This document shows, piece after piece, positions 9,059 to 17,831 of a stretch of DNA of 64,000 bases. Under the pieces are notes generated by a model. That model had not been told where the DNA came from. It did not search any database and saw only the letters and a program-made list of their open reading frames with translations. The first letter of the stretch is position 1; every line of letters starts with the position of its first letter. Position numbers and translations under genes: made by a program. This stretch comes from Alphaproteobacteria bacterium. Lineage in GTDB: Bacteria; Pseudomonadota; Alphaproteobacteria; Sphingomonadales; Sphingomonadaceae. The DNA lies in assembly GCA_018970445.1 (NCBI GenBank), contig JAGWWF010000009.1:2141-66140 (forward strand), given 5' to 3'.

Positions 9059-10639
9059 TCACTTCACCTTGGCGAAATCCTGATAGTTGATGCCCAGCTG
9101 TTCCAGATAGCTCTTGTACTTGGTGGCATCATAATAGAACGGCATCTGCAGCGGCCGCATCTTGCTCATGATGTCGGTGTTCAGGTGGATGGCCGGCTTG
9201 TCCTCTGGGGTGAGCAGCGGATCATATTTGTCGCTCTTGAACTGCACATCCTGCTGCCATTGCTTGGCGTCCGCGATGATCTTGGGCGTGGTGAGCAGAT
9301 CGAGCACGGTCATCGCCACCACCTTTGCGCCCACCATCACGCCCTTGTGGGCAATCGGCGTGGCCATGGCGATGGCCGATTGGCGGTTGTGGCCGATGGC
9401 GTTGGGGATGTTGGATGGGTAGCGGATGGTGATGGTGGGCACCGTCCACATGATGTCGCCGATATCGTCCGACCCGCCGCCCATCGACGCGCCGCGCGTA
9501 TCGGGGGTGGACAGCGGCGCGATGGTGGTGGTCAGCGGTTCCAGCTTCACGCCATTGGCCTGCTGCATGGCCTTGGCAAAGCCCTGGTCGGCGGCATCCC
9601 ACACCGGCAGGCCGACGGCCTTGATGTTGGCATACATGGCTTCGGCCAGCGGCTTGTTGCCATAATTGGGCGCGGCATAGCCCAGTGTGCGCTGGGTCAC
9701 CGTGGTGTCGGTGGCCATGGCGGCGGCCTTGGAGATGCGGTTGCCGATTTCATACAGGCCGCGGATGGAGCTGAACTTGTTCTCGCGGAAATAATACCAG
9801 ACGCTGGCCTTTTCCGGCACGATGTTGGGCTGGCCGCCGCCTTCGGTGATGACATAATGGCTGCGCTGGGTGACGGGCAGATGCTCGCGCCGCATGTTCC
9901 AGGCGACGTTCATCAACTCGACCGCATCCAGGGCGCTGCGGCCATCCCATGGCTGGCCGGCAGCGTGGGCGGTCTTGCCCTTGAACGTGTATTCCACGCT
10001 GACCATGCCGTTGTTGCCGGCCGGGCCCCAGCCGGTGCCCAGATCGCGGCCGACGTGGGCAAAGATGCTGGCATCGACATCCTTGAACATGCCGGCGCGC
10101 ACATAATAGGCCTTGGTGGCCAGCAGTTCCTCGGCCACGCCGGGCCACAGCATCAGCGTGCCCTTGATGCCGTTCTTCTCCATGATCTGCTTGGCCGCCA
10201 GCGCCGCCACGATCATCATCGGCATGCCGCTGTTGTGGCCTTCGCCGTGGCCGGGGCCACCTTCCACCATCGGCTTCATGTCAACCACGCCGGGATATTG
10301 CGACAGGCCCAGCAGGCCATCGATATCGCTGCCCAGCGCGATCTTGGGGCCGGGGCCGTTGGACCAGGTGGCGGTGAAGGCGGTGGGGATGCCGGCGGCG
10401 CCGCGCACCACGGTGAAGCCGTTCTTTTCCAGGATGCCGGTCAGATATTCGCTGGTCTTGAATTCCTGAAAGCCGGGTTCGGCAAAGCTGAACACCGTAT
10501 CGACCATTTCCTGCGCCAGCTTGGCCTGCGCATCGATCAGCGCGGCGGTTTCCTTCTTCTGCGCCGGCGTGGTCAGCGCCAGCGCCGGCCCCGCCACCAT
10601 GGTTGCGGCCAACAGCGCCGCGATTGCCTTGCCCTTCAT
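9059..10639 (-). CDS. Secreted M20 family amidohydrolase (AbgB-like)
   Basis: Start chosen at MKGKAIAALLAATMVAGPALA (signal peptide). GPGHGEGHNSG motif and overall M20D-like sequence. It lies 22 nt downstream of the TonB-dependent receptor gene on the same strand. Confidence 0.8.
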   Translation of the reverse strand: MKGKAIAALLAATMVAGPALALTTPAQKKETAALIDAQAKLAQEMVDTVFSFAEPGFQEFKTSEYLTGILEKNGFTVVRGAAGIPTAFTATWSNGPGPKIALGSDIDGLLGLSQYPGVVDMKPMVEGGPGHGEGHNSGMPMMIVAALAAKQIMEKNGIKGTLMLWPGVAEELLATKAYYVRAGMFKDVDASIFAHVGRDLGTGWGPAGNNGMVSVEYTFKGKTAHAAGQPWDGRSALDAVELMNVAWNMRREHLPVTQRSHYVITEGGGQPNIVPEKASVWYYFRENKFSSIRGLYEIGNRISKAAAMATDTTVTQRTLGYAAPNYGNKPLAEAMYANIKAVGLPVWDAADQGFAKAMQQANGVKLEPLTTTIAPLSTPDTRGASMGGGSDDIGDIMWTVPTITIRYPSNIPNAIGHNRQSAIAMATPIAHKGVMVGAKVVAMTVLDLLTTPKIIADAKQWQQDVQFKSDKYDPLLTPEDKPAIHLNTDIMSKMRPLQMPFYYDATKYKSYLEQLGINYQDFAKVK

Positions 10640-10661
10640 GAACTTGCCCCCCTTGGCTTGA

Positions 10662-13553
10662 TCAATATTCGAACCGCACGCCCATGCGATAGACGCGGCC
10701 CAGCACATCATACAGGCCACGGTTGGTCATGGGATAGGCCGGCGTGTTGTTGCCGGTCGGGCCGTTGCCCACCAGCACCGGATCGCTGTTCAACAGGTTC
10801 CTGACATAGAGGAACAGATCGGCCTTGGATCCGCCCAGCTTCACCTTCTTGGTGACGGAGGCATCCATATACCATTGGCCGGAAATGCGGTTGGTGTTGA
10901 TGGTGCGGTTGGCGGCGGTGGAGGCCGGGCAGCCGCTGGTGCATTCGAAGAAATTATTGTTGTAGACGCCGTCGCTGAAACCGCGACCGGTCAGGTTGAA
11001 GCTCCAGCTGTCGATCTCGTAATTGGCGGTCAGCCGGTAATTCCAGCTGGGCACGCCATCGCCCTGGTTCTTGCCGGCAACATCTTCGGGCACATCGATG
11101 CCGTTGTTGAAGATATTGTCGATATAATGGCTGGCCAGCGCGCGCAGCGTTGCCTTGCCGCCGCCCAGATCAAAGCGATAGCTGGCCTCGATATCGATCC
11201 CGCGCACCTTCACATTGGCAAAGTTGAACGGCACCAGCCGGATGCCGGTGATCACGCTGCTGGCGGCCACCGGGCCGTTGAAGGTGATGAACGGGCAGAT
11301 ATCGGCGCGGTTCTGTTCAAGGCACAGGGTGGTGATGGTCTGCGCCGAAATCGTGCCGATCGCGCCGCCCAGGTTGATGTCGAAATAATCCACCGATGCG
11401 GCAAAGCCGGGCAGGAAGCTGGGGGTGAACACGCCGCCCACGCCCCAGGTCATCGCCACTTCCGGTTTCAGCGCGGTGTTGCCGGTGGTCTGTTCCAGGA
11501 ACTGATCGGCGCGCTGGCCGCCGCCGGGCAACGGCACGTTCACCGTGTTGGTGCGGGCGGTGCCGGGCGCGAACAGTTCGGCCAGGTTGGGGGCGCGGAT
11601 GTCGCGGCTGCGCACCACGCGCAGCTTCACATCGTCGATCACCTGCCAGGTCGCGCCCAGTTTCCACGTGGTCACGCCGCCGCTGGTGGAATAATCGGTG
11701 CGGCGCACCGCCCCGTTGAAATCCAGCCCCTTGGCCAGCGGCACCACGGTTTCGGCAAAGACTTCCTTCACGTCGAAGCTGCCGCGGGTGACCAGATAAT
11801 TGCCATAGAGCCAGCCGGAATTGAACTGCGGATCGACAAAGCCGTTCACGCGTTCACGCCGATATTCGCCGCCGAACGCGAACGAAACCTCGCCGGCCCA
11901 GGTTTCGAACAGATCGTTGGTGGAGAGACTGAGCGCCGCCACATCCTGGCGCAGCGTCTGGAAACGTTGCGGCTGGGCACCATTGTTGAACACATAATCG
12001 ATGGCGGCCTGGGTCACGCCGCCGATGCCGATCCGGTTCAAGGGCACGCAGCCATTGGTGGGCGCGGTGAGGGTGGAGCGGCAGACGATGGTGCCGGCCG
12101 GAATGCCGGCGGCATTGCCAACCGGCGCGCGCACCGCATCCTGCGCCAGCGCCACGCGATCATTGCGCCAGGTGTTGGTGAGCAGTTCGTTGGTGCGCGC
12201 GATGCCGGCCTGATAATAGGCGCTGTATTTCCAGGCACCCTTGCCGATCTCGAACTCGCCATCGGCGCCGGCGACAAAGCGATACACCTCGCGGCTGTTG
12301 TTGGAACCGGCGGCCGGGAAGCCGGCGTTGCTGGTGCCGATCGAGATGTTGCTGAGATTCAGCGTCATCATCTGCGTCACCAGCGCGGTGGGCAGGAAGG
12401 CATTGTCGCGCTGGATCGTCACCCCCACCGACGGCGTCTGCTGATAGAAGCTGCGGCCGTTGTAGCCGGAGAAGCTGTATTGCACGAACGGCACGAAGGC
12501 CCGGCTCACCTCGTAACTCAGCCGGCCAAAGAGGTTGCCGCGTTCTTCGTGCGGCGCCAGGCTGTTGGTGCTCCAATGGCCGGCGCGGCTGATCAGATAA
12601 TCGCCGCCCACCATCCACTGGCCGCGATTGGGGCCATAGGTAAACTGGTTCAGGCTGGCCTGCCCATTGGTGATCGGGCCGAAATAGGTGCCACGCAGCG
12701 GGCCGGTGTTGATGATGCCGCCCGGCGTGAACTGGTGGGTGCCGATGCCGGCCTGCACCAGCCGTTCGGGCTGGCCATTGCCGGCGACGAAGGCCGGGTT
12801 GTCGATCTGGAAGAAGCCCGATTCCTGCCAGGGCCGATCATAGGTGTCGATGCCCTTTTGGGTGAAATAATCCCCGGCCAGCAGCACCTTGCCGCGGCCA
12901 TCGGCAAAATCGAAGCCGCTGGTGATGCGGAATGTGTGGTTGGGCGCATCGCCATAATCGGTGATGCCGAATTCATATTCGGCGCGCAGGCCCTTGAAAT
13001 CGCGGTTGAGGGAGAAGTTCACCACCCCGCCCACCGCATCGGAACCATAGGCCGAAGACGCGCCGCCCGTCACCACTTCCACGCCCTTGATCAGGCCCTG
13101 CGGCACCGTCTGCGTATCGACAAAGCCCACCGGGGTGGAGGCGACGGAGCGTTGTCCGTCGATCAGCACCAGGGTGCGCGCCGCACCCAGCGAGCGCAGG
13201 TTGACCGTGGCAATGCCGGCCTGGCCGTTGGACAACGATCCGGAGTTGGTGGACGAGCTTTGCGAGCCGCGCACCGCCGGCAGCGTGTTGACATAATCGC
13301 CGATATTGGCCTGCGGTTCGGCCTTCAGTTCGGCTTCGGAAACGACGGACACCGGGATCGGGCTGTCATAGCCGGTGCGGCTGATGCGGCTGCCGGTGAC
13401 GGTGATCACCGCGGCCTCTTCCTCTTCGGTGGCGGCCGGATCGGCCGCGGCGGTGGCGGGCTGCGCCCGGGCGGCGGCGGGCAGCGCCACGGCACAGGTC
13501 GCCACCCCCAGCAACAGCAGGCGGCGCAGATCGGCAGTTCCGGTCATCATCAT
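10662..13553 (-). CDS. TonB-dependent receptor
   Basis: Signal peptide LLLLGVATCAVALPAAARAQ and a plug region (ITVTGSRISRTGYDSPIPVSVVS, NLRSLGAARTLVLIDGQR). A long beta-barrel ends in the terminal motif YRMGVRFEY. The start is uncertain (13553 or 13595). Confidence 0.9.
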   Translation of the reverse strand: MMMTGTADLRRLLLLGVATCAVALPAAARAQPATAAADPAATEEEEAAVITVTGSRISRTGYDSPIPVSVVSEAELKAEPQANIGDYVNTLPAVRGSQSSSTNSGSLSNGQAGIATVNLRSLGAARTLVLIDGQRSVASTPVGFVDTQTVPQGLIKGVEVVTGGASSAYGSDAVGGVVNFSLNRDFKGLRAEYEFGITDYGDAPNHTFRITSGFDFADGRGKVLLAGDYFTQKGIDTYDRPWQESGFFQIDNPAFVAGNGQPERLVQAGIGTHQFTPGGIINTGPLRGTYFGPITNGQASLNQFTYGPNRGQWMVGGDYLISRAGHWSTNSLAPHEERGNLFGRLSYEVSRAFVPFVQYSFSGYNGRSFYQQTPSVGVTIQRDNAFLPTALVTQMMTLNLSNISIGTSNAGFPAAGSNNSREVYRFVAGADGEFEIGKGAWKYSAYYQAGIARTNELLTNTWRNDRVALAQDAVRAPVGNAAGIPAGTIVCRSTLTAPTNGCVPLNRIGIGGVTQAAIDYVFNNGAQPQRFQTLRQDVAALSLSTNDLFETWAGEVSFAFGGEYRRERVNGFVDPQFNSGWLYGNYLVTRGSFDVKEVFAETVVPLAKGLDFNGAVRRTDYSTSGGVTTWKLGATWQVIDDVKLRVVRSRDIRAPNLAELFAPGTARTNTVNVPLPGGGQRADQFLEQTTGNTALKPEVAMTWGVGGVFTPSFLPGFAASVDYFDINLGGAIGTISAQTITTLCLEQNRADICPFITFNGPVAASSVITGIRLVPFNFANVKVRGIDIEASYRFDLGGGKATLRALASHYIDNIFNNGIDVPEDVAGKNQGDGVPSWNYRLTANYEIDSWSFNLTGRGFSDGVYNNNFFECTSGCPASTAANRTINTNRISGQWYMDASVTKKVKLGGSKADLFLYVRNLLNSDPVLVGNGPTGNNTPAYPMTNRGLYDVLGRVYRMGVRFEY

Positions 13554-13830
13554 CAAGGCAACCCCCAATTGGCGCGGCACAAGCCGGCCGCACATGATCC
13601 TGCGGCCCTTCCCCTTTGACCAGCGGCTGCCGGCCACGCTCTTGTGTATGAGCGCGCTGCGGAGCGGACGCGGCACGCCTTGCCGGGCCCTGGCGCCCTT
13701 GCCCCGACAATCCCCTGCCGGCGCGATTCGGCCACGACCCACCATGACACTGGCATGACAGGCGGGCGGCGCGCTTACGTTGTTTGGCGTAGCCGGCCGG
13801 CCCTGCGACGAAGCTGCGCAGCTCCGGGGC

Positions 13831-14310
13831 TCACAAACCCGGCAGCGGCAGCGCCCTCGCCGGTTCGGCCGGGCCGAACAACAGGGTGCGGGTGATGCCG
13901 GCGCGGCGCACATTCACCTGGGTCTGGTGATCGTCATAGCTGTCGCCGAACAGGCTGCCATTGATCAGCAGCTGCGCCGGCCGGCCCTTGAGCCGGCCGA
14001 CATAGCGCAACTCCACCTTGTCGCCGGTCAGCCGCTGGCCGGCCGGGGCCAGCGCCACGCCGGCGATGCGGAACTGGCGGCCCAGATAGGCAACCAGCGC
14101 CGCCATCGCATCGGGATCGTCCAGGCTGGGCTGGGCATCGGGCGCGATATCGACCAGCGCCGGTTCGACATCATGTGCCTGCAAGACATGGGTGACGGCG
14201 ACGGCGCCCGATTGCGCGTCAATCTCCACCACGGCCAGGCTGCTGTGGCCACGATGCGCCGCGGCCGGGCCGGCGGCCAGCAGCAGGGCTGCCAGCCACC
14301 GCGCCCTCAC
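13831..14310 (-). CDS. Small secreted protein, DUF6702-like
   Basis: I place the start at the GTG at 14310-14308, which overlaps the M1 peptidase stop (GTGA). The product begins [31 protein letters not shown]. The longer track ORF to 14508 is out-of-frame overlap with the peptidase. The family call is from memory. Confidence 0.55.
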   Translation of the reverse strand: MRARWLAALLLAAGPAAAHRGHSSLAVVEIDAQSGAVAVTHVLQAHDVEPALVDIAPDAQPSLDDPDAMAALVAYLGRQFRIAGVALAPAGQRLTGDKVELRYVGRLKGRPAQLLINGSLFGDSYDDHQTQVNVRRAGITRTLLFGPAEPARALPLPGL

Positions 14311-16718
14311 TTGTCGTCCTTCTTCTCGCCGTCCTTCTTCTCGTCCTTCTTGACGGCGCGGGTCTTCAGGCTGTCGGGCGTCACTTCCAGCTCGCTGTCG
14401 GCCATGCGGTTGTCGCCGGGGCCGAAATCGTCGCGCACCTTCAGCACCGCCGGCTCGATGCGGCGCGGGAAGGCGTTGTTGCTGCGATCGGCGTCGGCGG
14501 TTTCCCACAGCGGGTCCACCTCGGCCGCCTTCAGCACCTTGGGCGTCACATGCTGCCAGGTCACGGCGCGGGAGTTGTAACGCCAGACTTCGGCCGGGAT
14601 GCGGATGGTTTCGGTGCTGCCGTCCTCATAATCCAGTTTCAGGATCACCGGCATCACCAGCCCGCCGCGGTTGCTGAAGCTGAAATGATAGAAATTGTCC
14701 TTGAAGGCCAGCACGGCGGCCTCTTCGGGCTCCAGCTTCTTGGTCAGCCCCTCATAATCCTTGCGGTCCTTGGCGGTCACCGTGAACTTGTCGGTCTCGT
14801 CATAGAAATCGCGGGTGGCGGGATCGCGGCTGACCACCGGGGTCTGCGTGTTGCGCGCGATGGTCAAGGGCGTCGGCTCGGCCTTGGCCTTGTCGCGGCC
14901 CCAGGCCTTTTCCACCTCGGGATTGCGGGTGTCGAGCCGGGCCTTCACCACCTTGTCGAGGCTGATATCGACATGGTCGGTCGAATAGAACCAGCCGCGC
15001 CAGAACCAGTCGAGATCGACGCCCGATGCCTCTTCCATGGTGCGGAAGAAATCATAGGGGGTCGGCCGCTTGAAGCGCCAGCGCCGGGCATATTCCTTGA
15101 AGGCAAAATCGAACAGCTCGCGGCCCAGGATGGTCTCGCGCAGGATCACCAGCGCGGTCGCCGGCTTGGCATAGCCATTGTTGCCGAACTGCAGCACGCT
15201 TTCGCTGTTGGTCATCAACGGCACCTGATCGCGGCTGACCATATATTCCACGATATCGCGCGGCTCGCCGCGGGCGCGCGGGAACTTGGGATCCCAGCGC
15301 CGTTCGGCCTCGAACTCCAGGAAGCTGTTCAGGCCCTCATCCATCCAGGTCCACTGGCGTTCGTCGCTGTTGACGATCATCGGGAACCAGCTGTGGCCGA
15401 TCTCGTGGATCACCACGCCGATCAGGCCATATTTGGCCCGCTCGGTATAGGTGAGCTGGCCGGTCTTCTTGTCCTTCACCGGACGCGGGCCGTTGAAGGT
15501 CATCATCGGATATTCCATCCCGCCCACCGGGCCGTTGATGCTCTGCGCGGTGGGATAGGGATAGGTGAAGGCAAATTCACCATAGACATCGATGGTGTGG
15601 GCGATGGACTTGGTGGAATAGGCATCCCAAAGCGGCCGGGCTTCCTTGGGGTAGAAGCTCATCGCCATCACCAGCGGCACCGCCGGATCATTCTGGCGAA
15701 CACCCATCGCGTCCCACACGAACTTGCGGCTGGAGGCGAAGGCGAAATCGCGGACATTCTGGGCGGTGAAGCGCCAGGTGCGGGTGCCGGTGGGCTTGCC
15801 CTTCTCGGCCGCCAGCGCCTCGGCCGGGGTGACGATATAGACCGGTTCCTTCGCAGTGCGGGCCTGCGCCAGCCGGGCGCGCTGCGCGGCCGACAGGATA
15901 TCGGGATTGGCCAGCACGCCGGTGGCCGACACGACATGATCGGACGGCACGGTGATCGACACATCATAATCGCCGAATTCCAGCGTGAACTCGCCGCTGC
16001 CCACGAAGGCCTTGTTGTGCCAGCCCTCATAATCGGAATAGACGGCGGCGCGCGGGAACCACTGCGCGGCCAGGAAGATGCAATTGCCATCCTGATCGGC
16101 CCTGGTGAAACATTCATAGCCTGATCGCCCGCCCACCACGCGGGCTTCCGGCATCGGCAGGCTGAAATCGATCTTCACCGTCACGGCGGCGCCACTGGCC
16201 AGCGGCGTGGCCAGATCGATGCGCAGCAGCGTGTCGACCACGGTGAATTTCAGCGGCCGGCCGGCGGCATCCGTCACCTTCAGGGCGTTGAAGCCGCCTT
16301 CCCATTCCTTGTAGCGCATCGCCTGGCGCACGCCGGTCATGCTGATCTGGCCGCCGGGGGACACGGTTTCGGCCAGCTGGGCGATATGGTCGCGCTTGTA
16401 ATTCTGATCGAGCAGCAGCCACAGATAGCGCAGCGTGTCGGGGCTGTTGTTGTGATAGCTGATGGTCTCGCTGCCCTGGATCGTGCGCGTCGGCTCGTCC
16501 AGCCGGGCGGTGATGCGGTAATCCACCTTCTGCTGCCAGTAACGATGGCCCGGCGCGCCGGCGGCGTTGCGATAATCGGTCGGTGTCGGCCAATCCTCGC
16601 CCTCCAGCTGGCGGAACTTGTCGACGAAATCGCCCTTGGTCTGGTTGATCGGGCTGGCGCTTGCCGCCACGCCCATCATGGCCATCACCAACCACAGCAC
16701 GGCCCGGTGGAAACGCAT
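14307..16718 (-). CDS. Secreted M1 family metallopeptidase (aminopeptidase N-like)
   Basis: Start chosen at MRFHRAVLWLVMAMMGVAASA. Gluzincin motifs VIHEIGHSWF (HExxH) and WMDEGLNSF are present. The C-terminal tail KKDEKKDGEKKDDK is charged. Confidence 0.9.
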   Translation of the reverse strand: MRFHRAVLWLVMAMMGVAASASPINQTKGDFVDKFRQLEGEDWPTPTDYRNAAGAPGHRYWQQKVDYRITARLDEPTRTIQGSETISYHNNSPDTLRYLWLLLDQNYKRDHIAQLAETVSPGGQISMTGVRQAMRYKEWEGGFNALKVTDAAGRPLKFTVVDTLLRIDLATPLASGAAVTVKIDFSLPMPEARVVGGRSGYECFTRADQDGNCIFLAAQWFPRAAVYSDYEGWHNKAFVGSGEFTLEFGDYDVSITVPSDHVVSATGVLANPDILSAAQRARLAQARTAKEPVYIVTPAEALAAEKGKPTGTRTWRFTAQNVRDFAFASSRKFVWDAMGVRQNDPAVPLVMAMSFYPKEARPLWDAYSTKSIAHTIDVYGEFAFTYPYPTAQSINGPVGGMEYPMMTFNGPRPVKDKKTGQLTYTERAKYGLIGVVIHEIGHSWFPMIVNSDERQWTWMDEGLNSFLEFEAERRWDPKFPRARGEPRDIVEYMVSRDQVPLMTNSESVLQFGNNGYAKPATALVILRETILGRELFDFAFKEYARRWRFKRPTPYDFFRTMEEASGVDLDWFWRGWFYSTDHVDISLDKVVKARLDTRNPEVEKAWGRDKAKAEPTPLTIARNTQTPVVSRDPATRDFYDETDKFTVTAKDRKDYEGLTKKLEPEEAAVLAFKDNFYHFSFSNRGGLVMPVILKLDYEDGSTETIRIPAEVWRYNSRAVTWQHVTPKVLKAAEVDPLWETADADRSNNAFPRRIEPAVLKVRDDFGPGDNRMADSELEVTPDSLKTRAVKKDEKKDGEKKDDK

Positions 16719-16828
16719 AGACACCCCATGTCCCCAAATCGAGCGCGTGGTTTGCCCATCTGCGGCGCGCTTGGCAAGCATTTGCATCCTGCGGCATTTG
16801 CCCACCACGGGCCTGCGTTGCACGCACC

Positions 16829-16850
16829 CCGGGAATATGACAATATCCCG
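16829..16850 (+). promoter_or_regulatory. AT-rich imperfect palindrome, possible operator or promoter element upstream of the ABC/DUF3299 operon
   Basis: The sequence ccgggaatatgacaatatcccg has GGGAATAT/ATATCCC arms. It is the only AT-rich patch in the 16719-16858 intergenic region and lies 9 nt upstream of the first ORF of the operon. Confidence 0.25.
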
Positions 16851-16858
16851 CAGATTCG

Positions 16859-17158
16859 ATGTTGGAGGGTATCATGCGCCTGATCGCTGCCGTTGCCACC
16901 GTTGCCGCCATGGGCCTGGCCGCCGTGCCCGCCACCGCCTGCGCCTTTGATGGCATGCCCGGTTACAGCCATTATGCCCCGGATGGCACCGATCCCTATG
17001 CCGGCGCCTATGCCGAAGCGGCCGCCCGCATCGCCGAACAGCGCCGCCAGGAAGCGATCGAAACCGCCCGGCTGGCCATGCTGAAGCGGCTGGGCATGAA
17101 GGATGCGGCCGAAACCACGGTTGCCGCCGCAACCGTCACGGCCAATGCCACCCGCTGA
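16859..17158 (+). CDS. Small secreted hypothetical protein
   Basis: 99-aa ORF with signal-like N-terminus MRLIAAVATVAAMGLAAVPATAC and a helical C-terminal half. It lies directly upstream of the ABC ATPase gene. No family recognised. Confidence 0.4.
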   Translation: MLEGIMRLIAAVATVAAMGLAAVPATACAFDGMPGYSHYAPDGTDPYAGAYAEAAARIAEQRRQEAIETARLAMLKRLGMKDAAETTVAAATVTANATR

Positions 17159-17195
17159 CAGCCGCACCGCCGCACCACACAGCCAAGGGCCCCTG

Positions 17196-17831
17196 GTGGA
17201 AACCAGGGGCCTTTCGCATGTGCGTGACGGCCGCACCGTGATGCAGATCGGCGACTGGCAGTTGCAGCCCCGCGCCCATGCCCTGCTGCTGGGCCCATCC
17301 GGTTCGGGCAAGACCAGCTTCATCAACATCGCCACCGGCCTGCTCACCCCCAGTCATGGCAGCATCCAGATCGCCGGCCAGCCGATGAGCGCACTGCCGC
17401 CCGCCAGCCGCGACGCGCTGCGCCGCCAGACGATCGGGCTGGTGTTCCAGACCCTGCGGCTGATCCCCGCCCTGTCGGTCAGCGCCAATCTGGCGCTGGC
17501 GCAGCAACTGGCGCTGGGCCGGGTGGACGCGGCCGAGATCGACCGGCTGATCGCGCGGGTTGGCCTGTCCCACCGCGCCCATGCCCGCCCGCGCCAGCTG
17601 TCGCAGGGCGAAGGCCAGCGCGCCGCCATCGCCCGCGCCCTGGCAACCCGCCCGCGCCTGCTGGTGGCCGATGAACCCACCTCGGCGCTGGATGATGCCA
17701 ATGCCGCGGCGATGATCGATCTGATGTTCGAAACCGCCGATGCCACCGGGGCCACCCTGCTGGTCGCCACCCATGATGGCCGCATCGCCCACCGCTTTGC
17801 CAACCGGCTCAATCTGGTGGCGCCGGCATGA
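17196..17831 (+). CDS. ABC transporter ATP-binding protein (MacB/LolD/FtsE-like)
   Basis: Walker A GPSGSGKTS, signature LSQGEGQR, Walker B LLVADEPTSALD. A GTG start at 17196 was chosen (VETRGLSHV); the track ORF starts at 17103. The stop overlaps the next gene by 4 nt. Confidence 0.85.
   Translation: METRGLSHVRDGRTVMQIGDWQLQPRAHALLLGPSGSGKTSFINIATGLLTPSHGSIQIAGQPMSALPPASRDALRRQTIGLVFQTLRLIPALSVSANLALAQQLALGRVDAAEIDRLIARVGLSHRAHARPRQLSQGEGQRAAIARALATRPRLLVADEPTSALDDANAAAMIDLMFETADATGATLLVATHDGRIAHRFANRLNLVAPA

Noticed and set aside
13554-13830. Possible riboswitch (for example cobalamin) in the 277-nt GC-rich leader upstream of the TonB-dependent receptor
   Set aside because: I read the minus-strand leader and could not find a B12 box or any other riboswitch core I know. 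The neighbouring genes point to peptide rather than cofactor uptake. An Infernal/Rfam scan would settle it.
14311-14508. N-terminal extension of the DUF6702-like ORF (track ORF start at 14508)
   Set aside because: It overlaps the 3' end of the M1 peptidase gene out of frame and reads RRQEGREEGRREEGRQ, a frame-shifted reading of the peptidase Lys/Asp/Glu tail region. A GTG overlapping the peptidase stop gives a normal signal peptide.
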